In this document: one piece after another, positions 12,405 to 25,049 of the stretch | Layout of the letters: each line of letters opens with the position of its first letter | Position numbering within the stretch: position 1 is the stretch's first letter | Origin: Somniosus microcephalus | Taxonomy: Eukaryota | Reading direction: 5' to 3' | Length of the DNA stretch: 64,000 nt | Assembly (NCBI GenBank): GCA_052327205.1 | Contig: CM126226.1 | Span: 42,346,001-42,410,000 of the forward strand | The notes under the pieces: generated by a model | Told to the model about the DNA's origin: nothing | Seen by the model: the letters and a program-made list of their open reading frames with translations, nothing else | Database searches by the model: none | Program-made: the position numbers and the translations under genes

Positions 12405-12712
12405 AAAGATTTTCCAGCCAAAATCACTGCCTGGCGATCAGGAGCAGGAAACCCTGGTTGACTTACCCCTCCCCAATCCAAGGGTACAGAAGGTGATTGT
12501 AGTCCTCCCACCTCCACCTCCACCCCAGCTGGGATTGGCTCATTTAGCGCAGACTGGGAATTAACCTGGGACCTGGATCTGGACAGCTCAATGCGACATT
12601 GGCCAGTGCATTTACTCAGCTGCTCATCCGAAGTGCACTGGAAGTGGTTGCTCCAGGTTCTAATTGACGGAAAAAGCATTTGCAATGAACTGAGACATGC
12701 ATCACATTATGT

Positions 12713-12967
12713 CAATGGTTCTCAAACATTTCTGGGGGGGGGGGGAGAATCCATACAAATATTGACAAGCTCAAAAGGGACCCCGCCTCCGTCCTAACTG
12801 CTCTTAAAGGGCCAGCTATCCAAAGGAAAACAGCGCCCTTATTTTTATTAGTGTACAGTAACAGAAATATTGTGCTAACAAATCAACAAATAAGGAAAAA
12901 TATAGAAATATGATGACCTCAGCGGTTCCTTGGGACCTGCAAGGAAACCCCAGTTGGAAAATCTACA
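12713..12967. mobile_element. hAT (Charlie-like) non-autonomous element
   Basis: Left end CAATGGTTCTCAAAC; degenerate right end; 8-bp TSD CATTATGT / GATTATGT with central TA. Confidence 0.55.
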
Positions 12968-13579
12968 GATTATGTAGCACTGCTTAAAGTGTGCTGTGTA
13001 GTACTGCTGCATACTGCGACATGCCGCATTCAGCCACTGATGTACTGCAGGCTTCTTAAGCCACTTTCAGTTTACTTTGTAATGATTCATAAAACCATAA
13101 TTATGCTCTGACGCACATGTAGTGTAAACTTCTCGTAACAAAGTCACTGTAGCCGGAGGTATTACTTTATGGGGCTGATAACGTGCTGCTGTTCGGGCCT
13201 GCTCCAGGAACGAGCTGACCTCGCCCGCGAACTCAATGGTGCTCTGGGAGCATAACTCGTGATGTGCTGCCTAGGCTGGAATTTCGGGCGGCAGCAAGCA
13301 AGTCGCTCGTTCAGCGCCCGTTCAAAGCGGTTGCTATGCAGCTGGGCTGCATTATGGGGAGGACCAAGTTTGTGCGCAGATTCCCACTGTCCTACTCACT
13401 GGCCGGTCACATTGGGGTGCGCTATTAGATCCGGGCATACAGGCTTCAAGCCTCTGTACCTGATAATACGAGATTATATTACTATAATAATAAGAGCTGA
13501 CCATCGCATCATCAGTCCTGATAAGCATTTTCTGTTTTAGCTTCATATTTTTATTATTTGAGAGCACTTTACTGCTTCC

Positions 13580-16500
13580 TTTCTTTTTATTGTATTCGTT
13601 TATGGGGTGTGGGCGTCGCTGGCAAGACCAGCATTTATTGCCCATCGCTAATTGCCCTTGAGATGGTGGTGGTGAGCCGCCTTCTTGAACCGCTGCAGTC
13701 CGTGTGGTGAAGGTACTCCCACAGTGCTGTTAGGGAGGGAGTTCAAGGATTTTGACCCAGCGACGATTTAAAGATCAGCGATATACTTCTAAGCCAGGAT
13801 GGTGTGTGACTTGGAGGGGAACTTCGAGGTGGTGGTGTTCCCATGCGCCTGCTGCCCTTGTCCTTCTAGGTGGAAGAGGTCGCGGGTTTGGGAGGTGCTG
13901 CCGAAGAAGCCTTGGCGAGTTGCTGCAGTGCATCTTATAGATGGTACACACTGCAGCCATTTTACGCTGGTGGTGAAAGGAGTAAATATTTAAGGTGGTA
14001 GAGAGGGTGCCAATCAAGCGGGCTGCTTTGTCCTGGATGGTGTTGAGTGTTGTTGGAGCTGCACTCATCCAGGCAAGTGGAGAGTATTTCATCACACTCC
14101 TTACTTGTGCCTTGTAGATGGTGGAAAGGCTTTGGGGAGTCAGGAGGTGAGACACTCGCCGCAGAATACCTAGCCTCTGACCTGCTCTTGTAGCCACAGT
14201 ATTTATGTGGCTGGTCCAGTTAAGTTTCTGGTCAATGGTAACCCCCAGGATGTTGACGGTGGTGGATTCGGCGATGGTAATGCCGTTAAATGTCAAGGGG
14301 AGGTGGTTAGGCTCTCACTTGTTGGAGATAGTCATTGCCTGGCACTTCTGTGGCGCGAATGTTACCTGCCACTTATCAGCCCAAGCCTGAACGTCGTCCA
14401 GGTCTTGTTGCATGTGGGCATGGACTGCTTCATTATCTGAGGAGTTGTGAATGGCGCTGAAAACTGCAGTCATCAGCGAACATCCCCATTTCTGACCTTA
14501 TGTTGGAGGGAAGGTCATTGATGAAGCAACTGAAGATGGTTGGGCCTAGGACACTGCCCTGAGGAACTCCTGCAGTGATGTCCTGGGGCTGTGATGATTG
14601 ACCTTCAACCATCACAACCATCTTCCTTTGTGCTAGGTATGACTTCAGCCAGTGAAGAGTTTTCCCCCTGATTCCCATTGACTTCAGTTTTACTGGGGCT
14701 CCTTGATGCCACACTCGGTCAAATGCTGCGTTGATGTCAAGGGCAGTCACTCTCACCTCACCTCTGGAATTCAGCTCCTTTGTCCATGTTTGGACCAAGG
14801 CTGTAATGAGGTCGGGAGCCGAGTGGGCTTGACGGAACCCAAACTGGGCATCAGTGAGGAGGTTATTGGTGAGTAAGTGCCGCTTGATAGCACTGTCGAT
14901 GATACCTTCCATCACTTTGCTGATAATTGAGAGTAGACTGATGGGGCGGTAATTGGCTGGGTTGGAATTGTCCTGCTTTTTGTGGACAGGACATACCTGG
15001 GCAGTTTTCCACATTGTCGGATAGATGCCAGTGTTGTAGCTGTACTGGAACAGCTTGGCTAGAGGCGCAGCTAGTTCTGGAGCACAAGTCTTCAGCACGA
15101 TAGCCGAGATCTTGTCGGGGCCCATAGCCTTTGCTGTATCCAGTGCACTCAGCTGTTTCTTGATATCACATGGAGTGAATTGAGTTGGCTGAAGACTGGC
15201 TTCTGCGATGGTGGGGACCTCAGGAGGAGGCCGATATGGATCATCCACTCGGCACTTCTGGCTGAAGATGGTTGCAAACGCTTCAGCCTTGTCTTTTGCA
15301 CTCATGTGCTGGGCTCCACCATCTCTTGAGGATGGGGATATTCATGGAGCCCGTTAATTGTTTATTGGTCCACCACCATTCACGACTGGAGGTGGCAGAA
15401 CTGTAGAGCTTTGATCTGATCCATTGATTGTGGGATCACTTAGCTCTGTCTATAGCATGCTGCTTCCACTTTTTAGCATGCATGTAGTCCTGTGTTGCAG
15501 CTTCCCCGGGTTGGCACCTCATTTTTAGGTACGCCTGGTGCTGCTCCTGGCATACTCTTCTACACTCCTTATTGAACCAGGGTTGATCCCCTAGCTTGAT
15601 GGTAATGGTAGAGTGAGGGATATGCCAGGCCATAAGGTTACAGATTGTGGTGGAATACAATTCTGCTGCTGCTGATGGCCCACAGCGCCTCATGGATGCC
15701 CAGTTTTGAGCAGCTAGATCTGTTCTGAATCTATCCCATTTAGCACAGTGGTAGTGCCACATAACACGATGGAGGGTGTCCTCAGTGTGAAGATAGGACT
15801 TCGTCTCCACAAGGACTGTGCAGTGGTCACTGCTACCAATACTGTCATGGACAGATGCATCTGCGACAGGTAGATTGGTGAGGATGAGGTCAAATAGGTT
15901 TTTCCTCGTATTGGTTCTCTCACCACCTGTTGCAGGCCTAGGCTGGCAGTTATGTCCTTCAGGACTCGGCCAGCTCAGTCAGTAGTGGTGGTACTGAGCC
16001 ACATTTGGTGATGGACATTGAAGTCCCCCACCCAGAGTACATTCTGTGCCCTTGTTACTCTCAGTGCTTCTTCCAAGTGGTGTTCAACATGGAGGAGTAC
16101 TGATTCATCAGCTGAGGGAGGGCGGTAGGTGCTAATCAGCAGGAGGTTTCCTTGCCCATGCTTGACCTGAAGCCATGAGACTTCATGGGGTCTGGAGCCA
16201 ATGTTGAGGACTCCCAGGGCCACTCCTTCCTGAATGTATACCACTGTGCTGCCACCCCTGGTGGGTCAGGACATACCCAGAGATGGTGATGGAGGAGTTT
16301 GGGACATTGTCTGAAAGGTATGATTCTGTGAGTATGACTATGTCAGGCTGTTGCTTGACTCATCTGTGGGACAGCTCTCCCAATTTTGGCACAATTCCCC
16401 AGATGTTGGTGAGGAGGACTTTGCAGGGTTGACTGGGCTGGCTGTGCCATTGCCGTGTCCATTGCTGGTGCTGAGGTCGATGCCAGGTGGTCTATCCAGT

Positions 16501-16864
16501 TTCATTTTTATTATTGTGTTTCGTAGCGATTTGTTACAACTGAGTGACTTACTTGCTAGGCCATTTCAGAGGGCAGTTAAGAGTCAACCACTTTGCCGTA
16601 GGTCTGGAGTCACATATAGGCCAGGCTAGGTAAGCACAGCAGATTTCTTTCCCTACAGGACATTAGTGAACCAGATGGGTTTTTACAACAATCCGATAGT
16701 TTCCTGGTCACCATTACTGATACTAGTAATTATTCCAGATTTATTTAATTAACTGATTTTAAATTCCCAGCTGCCGTGGTGGGATTTGAACTCACGTTTC
16801 AGGATCCTTAATTCAGGCCTCTGGATTACTAGCCCAGTGACATTACCACTATGCTACCGTTCCT
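13580..16864 (-). mobile_element. Near full-length CR1/L2-group (Jockey-like) LINE with tRNA-like 5' head and no ORF1
   Basis: APE endonuclease (NIWG..KLGEL..QQPDIVILTESYL; YRPPS; GDFNVHH), RT (DINAAFDRVWH, GVPQGSVLGP, FADD), C-terminal domain and 3' tail; 5' ~430 bp has A box TAGCATAGTGG (16846-16856) and B box GAGTTCAAATCCC (16781-16793). Confidence 0.9.
13660..16430 (-). pseudogene. LINE ORF2 (APE endonuclease + reverse transcriptase), disrupted
   Basis: Pieces in ORFs 15975-16244, 15714-15926, 15436-15810, 14433-15305 and 13775-14296, separated by frameshifts and stops. Confidence 0.9.
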
Positions 16865-16994
16865 AATTATGGTCACGATTAAGATCTGGAGAAACTGTGG
16901 ACATGCTCTGAATTCTTCAGAACTCTGCTTATTTGCTACTTTGATAATAATAAGCATCTCCAATAGAAATAATACTTGCATTTATACAGCTTGT

Positions 16995-17300
16995 GAGCAC
17001 GAAGGTTCCTGGTTCGATCCTCCGTCTGTGCTGAGTGAGCTGATCTCAACTGATGCGATAACTAGGGTAACTACAATTGGCCTCTAGGCTAGGGAGAGGG
17101 AGTAAAATCTGCCAGGGTTCCTGCTCTGGATCGCTGTCTAGTACTCCTGGTGGAAGGTGCATGTGTGTGGATGTCAGGCAAGTTCAGGGTCAAGCTTGTC
17201 TGTGGTGCCCCCATGGTCGAATAGCCTCACTGTCCCAGCTCACAGATGAAGAGTAGGCACTTGGATGAGGTACCGAAGGGCTGCTGATGCCTACGAAGCC
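16995..17300 (+). mobile_element. SINE-like family B
   Basis: B box GGTTCGATCC then GTCTGTGCTGAG..GCTGATCTC..ACAATTGGCCTC..GCCAGGGTTCCTGCTC. Confidence 0.65.
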
Positions 17301-19574
17301 GAACCAACAAAGAGTCAGTAGGTGTATGTGTGTGGATACTGGAGGAGGAATATGGTGCCCCCTCCATTCAAATAGAACACTGACATTCACCGTCAAGGTC
17401 CACACATTAATACTGGCCACTTGTTTGAGGTATTGGAGCGCAGCCCCTGTCCAGGGAACCGCACCCCTGTCCAGGGAACCGCACCCCAGCCAGGGTGGTG
17501 GGGTTGGAGTGGTGGTCTTCAGAGCAGGTGGAGAACAAATGGAGGTGGGGAAGAAGAGCGGAGGAAGTGTGAATGGGTATTAACAGAATTAAAGGCTGGC
17601 TGTCTGGACTGCCCTTGGCAAACATAGCTATAGATACTAAGCCAAGTGTACATTTTTGTGCCTTCTGATTTGAATTCCTCCTCCCTCTGCCCCGTATCAT
17701 AACTGAATCCACAAATGTTTATATTCTTGATTGTACCATTTCCTCTCTGCTCTCCTGATGCATTTTCCCGTCTTTTTTAAGCAATATATCCTGTAAAACT
17801 AAGACACATCCCAAATACCAAGTGACAGAGGGTAACAGTGGAATTATTGTTGCAGGCTTGGTCTGGTTTTCATTAGGGGATGTAATGGGTCCAATTTCTG
17901 AGCTAGGCCGCTTAGTCAAAACTCCCTTGTCGTGTTATACACTGGCAGTTAAGTGATGTGGCAGAGGGCTCCTTCCGTTGTAAAATAACAAACCCTGCTT
18001 TGTTAATTATTTTGGTGTCAATTAACCCACAATTTATGACACTGGAGCAAATTTACAAGACTGAAGTCCACCACCTGCACCCCCACTTTTAAGAATAGGA
18101 GTCTACCGAACATTGGAATGAACATTTGCATTTTACATAAATAAACTACAAGAGGAAATTACTGCCAATGGAGGCCTGACGTAAGCGGGGCAGGGACTCC
18201 CTACATCAGGAGATCCTGTGCCATGGTTCTCAGTCAGGACCCAACATAGTGTCGGCAGAAGTCAGACCTGGTATCCCCGAAACCTGGCGGAAGTCTGGCC
18301 CACCTGGGGTCCAGGCTAGACAGGAGCCCTGAAGATCAGGGGACAAAATGTTTCTTGTTAAATATTTGAGCAGTGCCACTTCAGTGAGAGGGTGGGCACA
18401 GTGGGAGGGCGGGCGCAGTGAGAGGGCGAGCATTGCAGATCTGTCTGCTCCTTGTGACCCCCCTCCCCTGACCCTGTAATCTTTGGTACAGCCAGTGGCA
18501 GAGGCCGTGGGTGGGCACACTCTGGCATTTATGCCAGGATATGCCCTCTCTGTTGATTTTTGGAGCCCAGGTGTTTCTCTCAGGTGAGCAGCCACTTGCA
18601 ATAATGGGTTCTATATTCTAATAACTCTTCATGCTTCTAGTACTATTCTTAAATGCACAAAATAGCGTGTCTTGCATATTCATCTGACGTAGGTCATGTG
18701 ATATTGGAGCAAAGCCTCTGATTGTATGGATGTGATCATCGTTCATTTCTTTAGAGTGTGTTGGGGGAACAGGTAATTAAAGTAACTAAACTTCCTTCTC
18801 CTCTTTCTATCACGTAGCTGTTGAAAACAAAAAAGGAACAGGACCAGAGCTTGTGTTACCGGGATGGTGCCAAGAGTTTGCTTATATCCGGCCCACTTGT
18901 GTTTGGATTTCACTGTGTATGTTTCTCAGCAATGAAGCCTGTTCCAGGCTACGCTTTACATCCCAGCTTAAGTTGCTGTTCTGACAAACAGCCTTTGCCA
19001 GGACCACATTTGTGCAGAGGCCTACGGGGCCCATTCCGAAGGACTCTGGTGAAACATGGGGGTCCCCTCGATCGTCCCCTTGAACACAACGTAAACGTAA
19101 ATAGCGCTGGCTGCAATAATTGCAAAGCACAGTGGTCAGTGACTGTAATTTGAGTGCTGGGGGATGGGGTTTAAGTTACCTGACTGTGGCCGTTCCTGCG
19201 CCGTGCAGTCTGCAGGTGCTTCCAGCGGAGGGAAGATGTGGTCGAAGAAGCCTGTGAGCAGAGCGGGAAGAAGACACTGGAGCCTCACAGCAGGGGCGGG
19301 AAGATGTGGTGGAAGGACTTCTAGAAGCCTCCACAGCTCTTCACAAAGTTGGACATTTAATCATTAGGCATTTTATTACACTTTTGTGTTTTAAGGAATG
19401 GGGGTGGAGAGCTGGAATGTTCTTGGCACCCAAGAATTCTTAATGTGGCCTTGGCCTTTGCAGCCTGAAAAGCAAAGCAGCACCTCAAGCCCAGGCATAG
19501 GACCAGCACTTTACCCTCAAAAACAAAACACACTTTAGCCCTGACTCCCTCAGAGCAGAAAACCGTATGGTAAG

Positions 19575-19975
19575 AAAGAAAGACTTGCATTCACAAAGAG
19601 CCTTTCATGACCTCAGGATGTCAAAAATTGTTGTAATATATGAAATGCGGCAGCCAATTTACACACAGTAAGTTCCCACAAACAGCAGTGAAGTAAATGA
19701 CCAGGTGATCTGTTTTAGGTGTTGGCTGAGGGATAAATGTTGGCCAGGACACTGAGAACTCCCCTGCTCTTCTTCGAATTGTGCCATAGGATCTTTTATG
19801 TCCACTTGAGAGGGCCTTGGTTTAACATCTCATCCAAAAGATGGCACCTCCGACAGTGCAGCACTCCCTTGGAGTGTCAGCCTAGATTATGTGCTCAAGT
19901 CTCTGGAGTGGGATTTGAGCCCACAATGTTCATGACTTAGGAGTGAGAGTGCTATCACTGAGCCAAGGCTCACAC
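19575..19975 (-). mobile_element. Deu-domain SINE, near full length
   Basis: Tail AAGAAAGAAAGACTTGCATT, Deu core and tRNA head. Confidence 0.85.
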
Positions 19976-19992
19976 CTTTATTGTGTGTTGTG

Positions 19993-20265
19993 TAGTTCTA
20001 ATGAAGGGTTCCACCTGAAACCTTAACTTGAGTTTTGCTTCGAAGCAAACCTCCTTGAACATAAGTGTACAAAGGCTTCATGCTTGAAATCCATTTGTCC
20101 TCTACTTTAACAGAGGTGCCAACCTGTTTATCTTAAATTAGTTAGCACCTCTGTTACAAAGAATGAAGGGAAATTTCATACAAGGTGATTGTAGGCTAAT
20201 ATTCAAAGAACCATTTGCAGATGTTAACTGACCTGCTGTGCATCTCCAGTACTTTCTGATTTACA
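19993..20265 (+). mobile_element. Penelope pseudo-LTR remnant with degenerate hammerhead motif
   Basis: AGTTCTAATGAAGGGTTCCACCTGAAACCTTAACT at ~19994-20028, and CAGATGTTAACTGACCTGCTGTGCATCTCCAG at ~20218. Confidence 0.55.
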
Positions 20266-20744
20266 GAATCATTTCATTTTACAGCACAAAAAGTGGCCAT
20301 TCAGCCCATTGTGCCTGTTCTAGCTCATGAACGAACTATCCAATTAGTCCCACTCCCCCTCCCTTTCCCCATATCCTTTTACATTTCCGGCACTTAATGC
20401 CTTTTCTGTTACCCATAATATGGCATTCACTTGATAGTCGACTTGGGAGCTTTGCATCTATTGAAAAAATAAACCACCCCTCCTTTGGAGTTATGTGGTC
20501 TGACCTCGCTGGCTTATGTTTCACTAAATCACCAGCTACTGATCCTTCACCTCATTTAATTGTGCTTCTGCGAGGGTGTCACGCAACTTTCACTGTTTTT
20601 CCCCAGCCCCTCTTAGGCCCAGTACCCTGGGCCTTGCCTTTTACCCTCCCGTGGGACAGAGAGTTGGCACAGCAGCAGACCCCACGTTTGCTCCCGTTCT
20701 CTCTTGAAGGTTCTCTCTCCCTCTCTCTCACTAGCATACAAATC

Positions 20745-21062
20745 TTTGTGCATCACCCTCCAGTCCCTCATCCAATTAACCATTCTTTCTTTGCAGGCTG
20801 AGTGAGTGTTGGCAGGCTGTTCTCCCATGGAGGGCATTGACACCATGTTGTTTCTTGTTCCTACCAATGTCAATGCCTGCACAACAAGGGGTTAGGAGCC
20901 ATGGCTGATTATTCCCTCCCGAGCCCAGGTGGGCTGAGTCCAGCTGGAGCCACCTCCCAAGCTGAGATCAGTTAACTTGGCACAGGGTGGCAATTGAAGC
21001 TGGGGGATCTTCCTGGTCTCTATGGCTCATTGCCACACCTGGCGGTGTATTAATGGCCATCG
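20745..21062 (-). mobile_element. SINE-like family B, degenerate
   Basis: GCTGAGATCAGTTAACTTGGCACAG and CATGGCTGATT motifs. Confidence 0.5.
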
Positions 21063-21811
21063 AAGAAAGCTGTGTTCTATTTTTTATATCTGTTGCGGCA
21101 TAGTCTCTGCGTCAGCCAGTTAAGGAGGAGAGGACCTCCTCAATGTGGTTTCCCAGTGCTGACAGGAACTTTCTACCTAGCCACGTCTTTTTGGTCTTCC
21201 CACACTACAGGGATACATGGTTCACAGCTGACAAAGAGACTGCTTCGCTCTGAAGTGAAAGACCGCCATTATTTTTCTTGCAAATCGGCACTGTGCCACT
21301 ACTTTCTATTTAGTTAAGCAGCATGATTGGCATAAAATATAATTTCATGTTCAGGAGTATAAACATCGTACAAATTCCCACGGAGGCGCCAAAGTGCATA
21401 TGGTGAACGCGAGCGTTTCAGCGGTTAGAGCTTGAAACAGAGTCCTCAGAAGGGACAGCGGCATTTCCTGGAGTTCCTTTGCTGCTATGTTTCACCACAT
21501 GTTTAAGCTGTCAAAGGGATTTGGAGGGTTTGAACTAACAAGCAAGTGGCCATGGCATACATATTAGACCTTCAGAGTGGCAATTTGTTACAGGTCATTT
21601 TGCGATTGAGGGATGAGCTTCAGGGAGGAGCCTGCATGGAACTATGAGGGAGAGAGAAACCCACATAGCCTGCTGAATCAGGACCTCGGCCATCACAGGG
21701 GTGATGGCACCGCCAGATTGCCATCACACCCAGTGCCTTGGGCTAGCGTGAGGGGAAGATCAGTCAGGACTCCTGATTCTTGTTGTTACCTTTCTGAAAG
21801 AAAGTGTATGT

Positions 21812-21990
21812 GAGTGGGCAATGGCTTTCAAAAAGAATTGGATAAGTACTGAAGGAAAAAAATGTGCAGGGCTATGGGGATAGGGTGGGGGAGTGGGACT
21901 AGCTGAAGTGCTCTTGCAGAGAGCCGGCATGGGCTTGACGGGCCAAATGGCCTCCTTCTGTGCTTTAAACATTTTATGATTCTATGATTC
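21812..21990 (+). mobile_element. CR1-type LINE 3' end inserted in a family B SINE
   Basis: FKKELDKY..GYGDR frame, 3' UTR and (TATGATTC)n tail; SINE B sequence on both sides. Confidence 0.8.
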
Positions 21991-22323
21991 TAATTGGTGA
22001 GGACAATCGACACGGCTCAGCCCGGCCACGATTGAACAGTGTCCTCAAATCACATGGCAAGGTACTGGACGGGAGCTGGCGTCCCTGGAACCGTATCCCA
22101 AGAAGAGTCAGCTTCCAGAGGTGGAATACCACCAGAATTAGAGACTGTTCTTTACTCAGAGAGTGCTGAGAATATGGAACTCACTACCAGTGATTGCGGT
22201 GATTGGCATTTAAGGGACTAGATAAGTACACAAGGGAGATAGGAATACAAGGATATGTTGATAGGGTGAGAAGAGGTAACTAGTGTGAAAGGAGGCCCGT
22301 GCAGAGCATAAACACCGGTATAG

Positions 22324-23195
22324 GCAGTGTCAGCTGTGAAGAGGATGTGAAGAAGCTTCAAGGGGATCTCGACAGGCTCAGTGAGTGGGCAAGAACATGG
22401 CAGATGGAATGCAATGTGGACAAATGTGAAGTTATCCACTTTGGTAGAAAAAACAGAAAGGCAGAGTATTTCCTAAATGGTGAAAGATTGGGGAATGCAG
22501 ATGCTCAAAGGGACCTGGGTGTCCTTGTATATGAGTCACTGAAAGTGAATGTGCAGGTGCAACAAGCCATTAGGAAGGCAAATGGTATGCTGGCCTTCAT
22601 TACAAGAGGATTTGAGTACAGGAGTAAAGTAGTCTTACTCCAATTATATAGGGCCTTGGTGAGACCACACCTGGAGTACTGTGTACAATTTTGGTCTCCT
22701 TACCTAAGGAAGGATATACTTGCATGGAGGGAGTGCAACGAAGGTTCACGAGATTGATTCCTGGGATGGCGGGACTGTCGTATGAGAAGAGATTGAGTAA
22801 ATGAGAGGGGATCTCATTGAAGCGTACAAAATTATTATAGGGCTTGATAGGGTGGATGCTGGGAGAATGTTTCCCTTGGCTGGGGAGTTTAGAACCAGGG
22901 GCCACAGCCTCAGGATAAAGGGTAGGCCATTCAGGACTGAGATGAGAAGAAATTTCTTCACACAGAGGGTGGTGAATCTTTGGAATTCTCTACCCCAGAG
23001 GGCTGTGGAGGCTCAGTCATTGGGTATATTCAAAACAGATAGATTTCTGACTAGTAAGGGCATCAAGGGATATGGCGATAGGGCCGGTGAATGGAGTTCA
23101 GGCAGAAGATCAGCCATGATCTCATTGAATGGCGGAGCAGGCTCGAAGGGCCGAATGGCCTACTCCTGCTCCTATTTCTTATGTTGTTATGTACT
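22324..23195 (+). mobile_element. CR1 (HER1-like) LINE, 5'-truncated, inserted into an older CR1 3' end
   Basis: LQGDLDRLSEWARTWQMECNVDKCEVIHFG..RPHLEYCVQFWSP..RGDLIE..RVVNLWNSLP; TSD TATAG (22319-22323, 23196-23200). Confidence 0.95.
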
Positions 23196-23849
23196 TATAG
23201 ACCAGGTGGGCCGAATCGCCTGTTTCTGAGCTGTAACTTCTATGCATTCAATATTAATGTTAGATTTTTTAGGAATTTCCTTCATCCATCATTTTAATTT
23301 AAGTGTTAACCCGTTTATTTTAAATGGTTTAACCGCCTGTTAATACAGCAGAGGAATTCCATAAAAAGGGGTTAACGTGACATCTTTGTGTCATTCTCCT
23401 GGTGACTTGTAAAGCAGGTTGTTGAAAGGATTAAGTGTGACGCAGCACCCTCACTACAATACAGGGATCGTATTTACAACAGAAAGCTCAAGGCAATTCT
23501 CAGGAGAAGGTCACAGCCAAAATAATTATTAATGATTGAAATGAACCAGTCTGATAACAAAATAATTGCTGCTGGGGTTCGGCATCTCACCCAATTAAAT
23601 TTTGCAGTGAAATGATTTAGAAATAATTATTAACAAAGAAAATATATGCACAGATTTGTATGGGACGGATCGTTGATATAATCACAATATGAACGATTCC
23701 ACGCTCTGCTGCCTCCGACAGGAATTGAAACAATCTGCTCCTTTAAAAGGAGGGAGACTTCAATATAAAATAATCGTCTTAAGAACTTTTATCCGTGCTT
23801 TCCAACACTGCAACGCAAGGATGCAAACTGTGCACTCAGGTAAAGAGAG

Positions 23850-24308
23850 AAAGAAAGAAAGACTTGCATTTATGTAGCACCTTTCATGACCTCAGGACAT
23901 CACAAAGTGCTTCACAGCCAATTAGGTACTTTTGAAGAGTAGTCACTGTTGTAATGTAGAAAACACGGCAGCCAATTTGCGCACAGCAAGCTCCCACTAA
24001 CAGCAAAATGATAATAACCTGATAATCTGTTTTTAGTTATGCTGGTTGAGGGATAAATATTGGCCCAGTGCACCAGGAATAACTCCCCTGCTATTCTTCA
24101 AATAGTGCCGTGGGATCTTTTATGTCCACCTGAGAGAGTCCTCGGCTTAACGTCTCATCTGAAAGGTGGCACCTCTGACAGTGCAACACTCCCTCAGTAC
24201 TGCACTGGAGTGTCAGCCTAAATTTTGTGCTCAAGTCTCTGGAGTGGGACTATGAACCCACAACCTTCTGACTCAGAGATGAGAATGGTACCATTGAACC
24301 ACGGCTGG
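23850..24308 (-). mobile_element. Deu-domain SINE (SacSINE1-like), full length
   Basis: tRNA-like head, body, Deu core and L2-like tail all present. Confidence 0.9.
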
Positions 24309-25049
24309 GACCTGAAAGTATCATCATAATGCCTGCAAAGTGACTCCATTCTAATTTAAATAGCACGTATTTGTTTGTTAGTTTCCCTCTCCCAAACTAA
24401 GACAATTCCCCTTTAAATTGTAAAGCCAAAAGACAGAGGTTCCCCTAAAAGCCTCCTGGCTTTGTAAAGGCTAGTACTCAATTATATAGATTGTAAGGAC
24501 CCCAAGATCAATTCCCATCTGTGACCTGTACCACAGAAGTAGTCGACACCTTCAGGAGAGGAGGTTGGGGGGAAAAGGGGTGAAAGAAAAATTCAGACAA
24601 TGTAGAATCTACCCTATCAGACCATGTACAATGTATTCTATCATGAACAATCTACTGAATCAAGCAACTAAATAACTTTAATATTTGTTGGGTTATCTCC
24701 TGTCGGCTTCTGTTAATATTTGTTGTTCGGGCAGGGAGTGCCGATGACACATGAGTGGAAGGAACTGATAAGCCTAACAATGTTGGGGATCTGAATTTAT
24801 TGTCAGAAGGGATAAACTTGTAAAAGTTGTAGAAGTGTTTTAATTCAACTGTGCAAGTTACTGAGTTCCCTTGGGCAGTCAAGTTCAGTAACCCTTTCAG
24901 GCCAGTTCCCCTGATGATGTCAGGCTAACCAAAAAGTTTCTAAAACAAAAGTTAACCAACTCCCAGGTGTCATAATGATTTTACCCAATGAATAACTGAG
25001 CCATATAGATCAGGGAGGACCTAGATTCAACCCCCTATCTGTACTGAGC

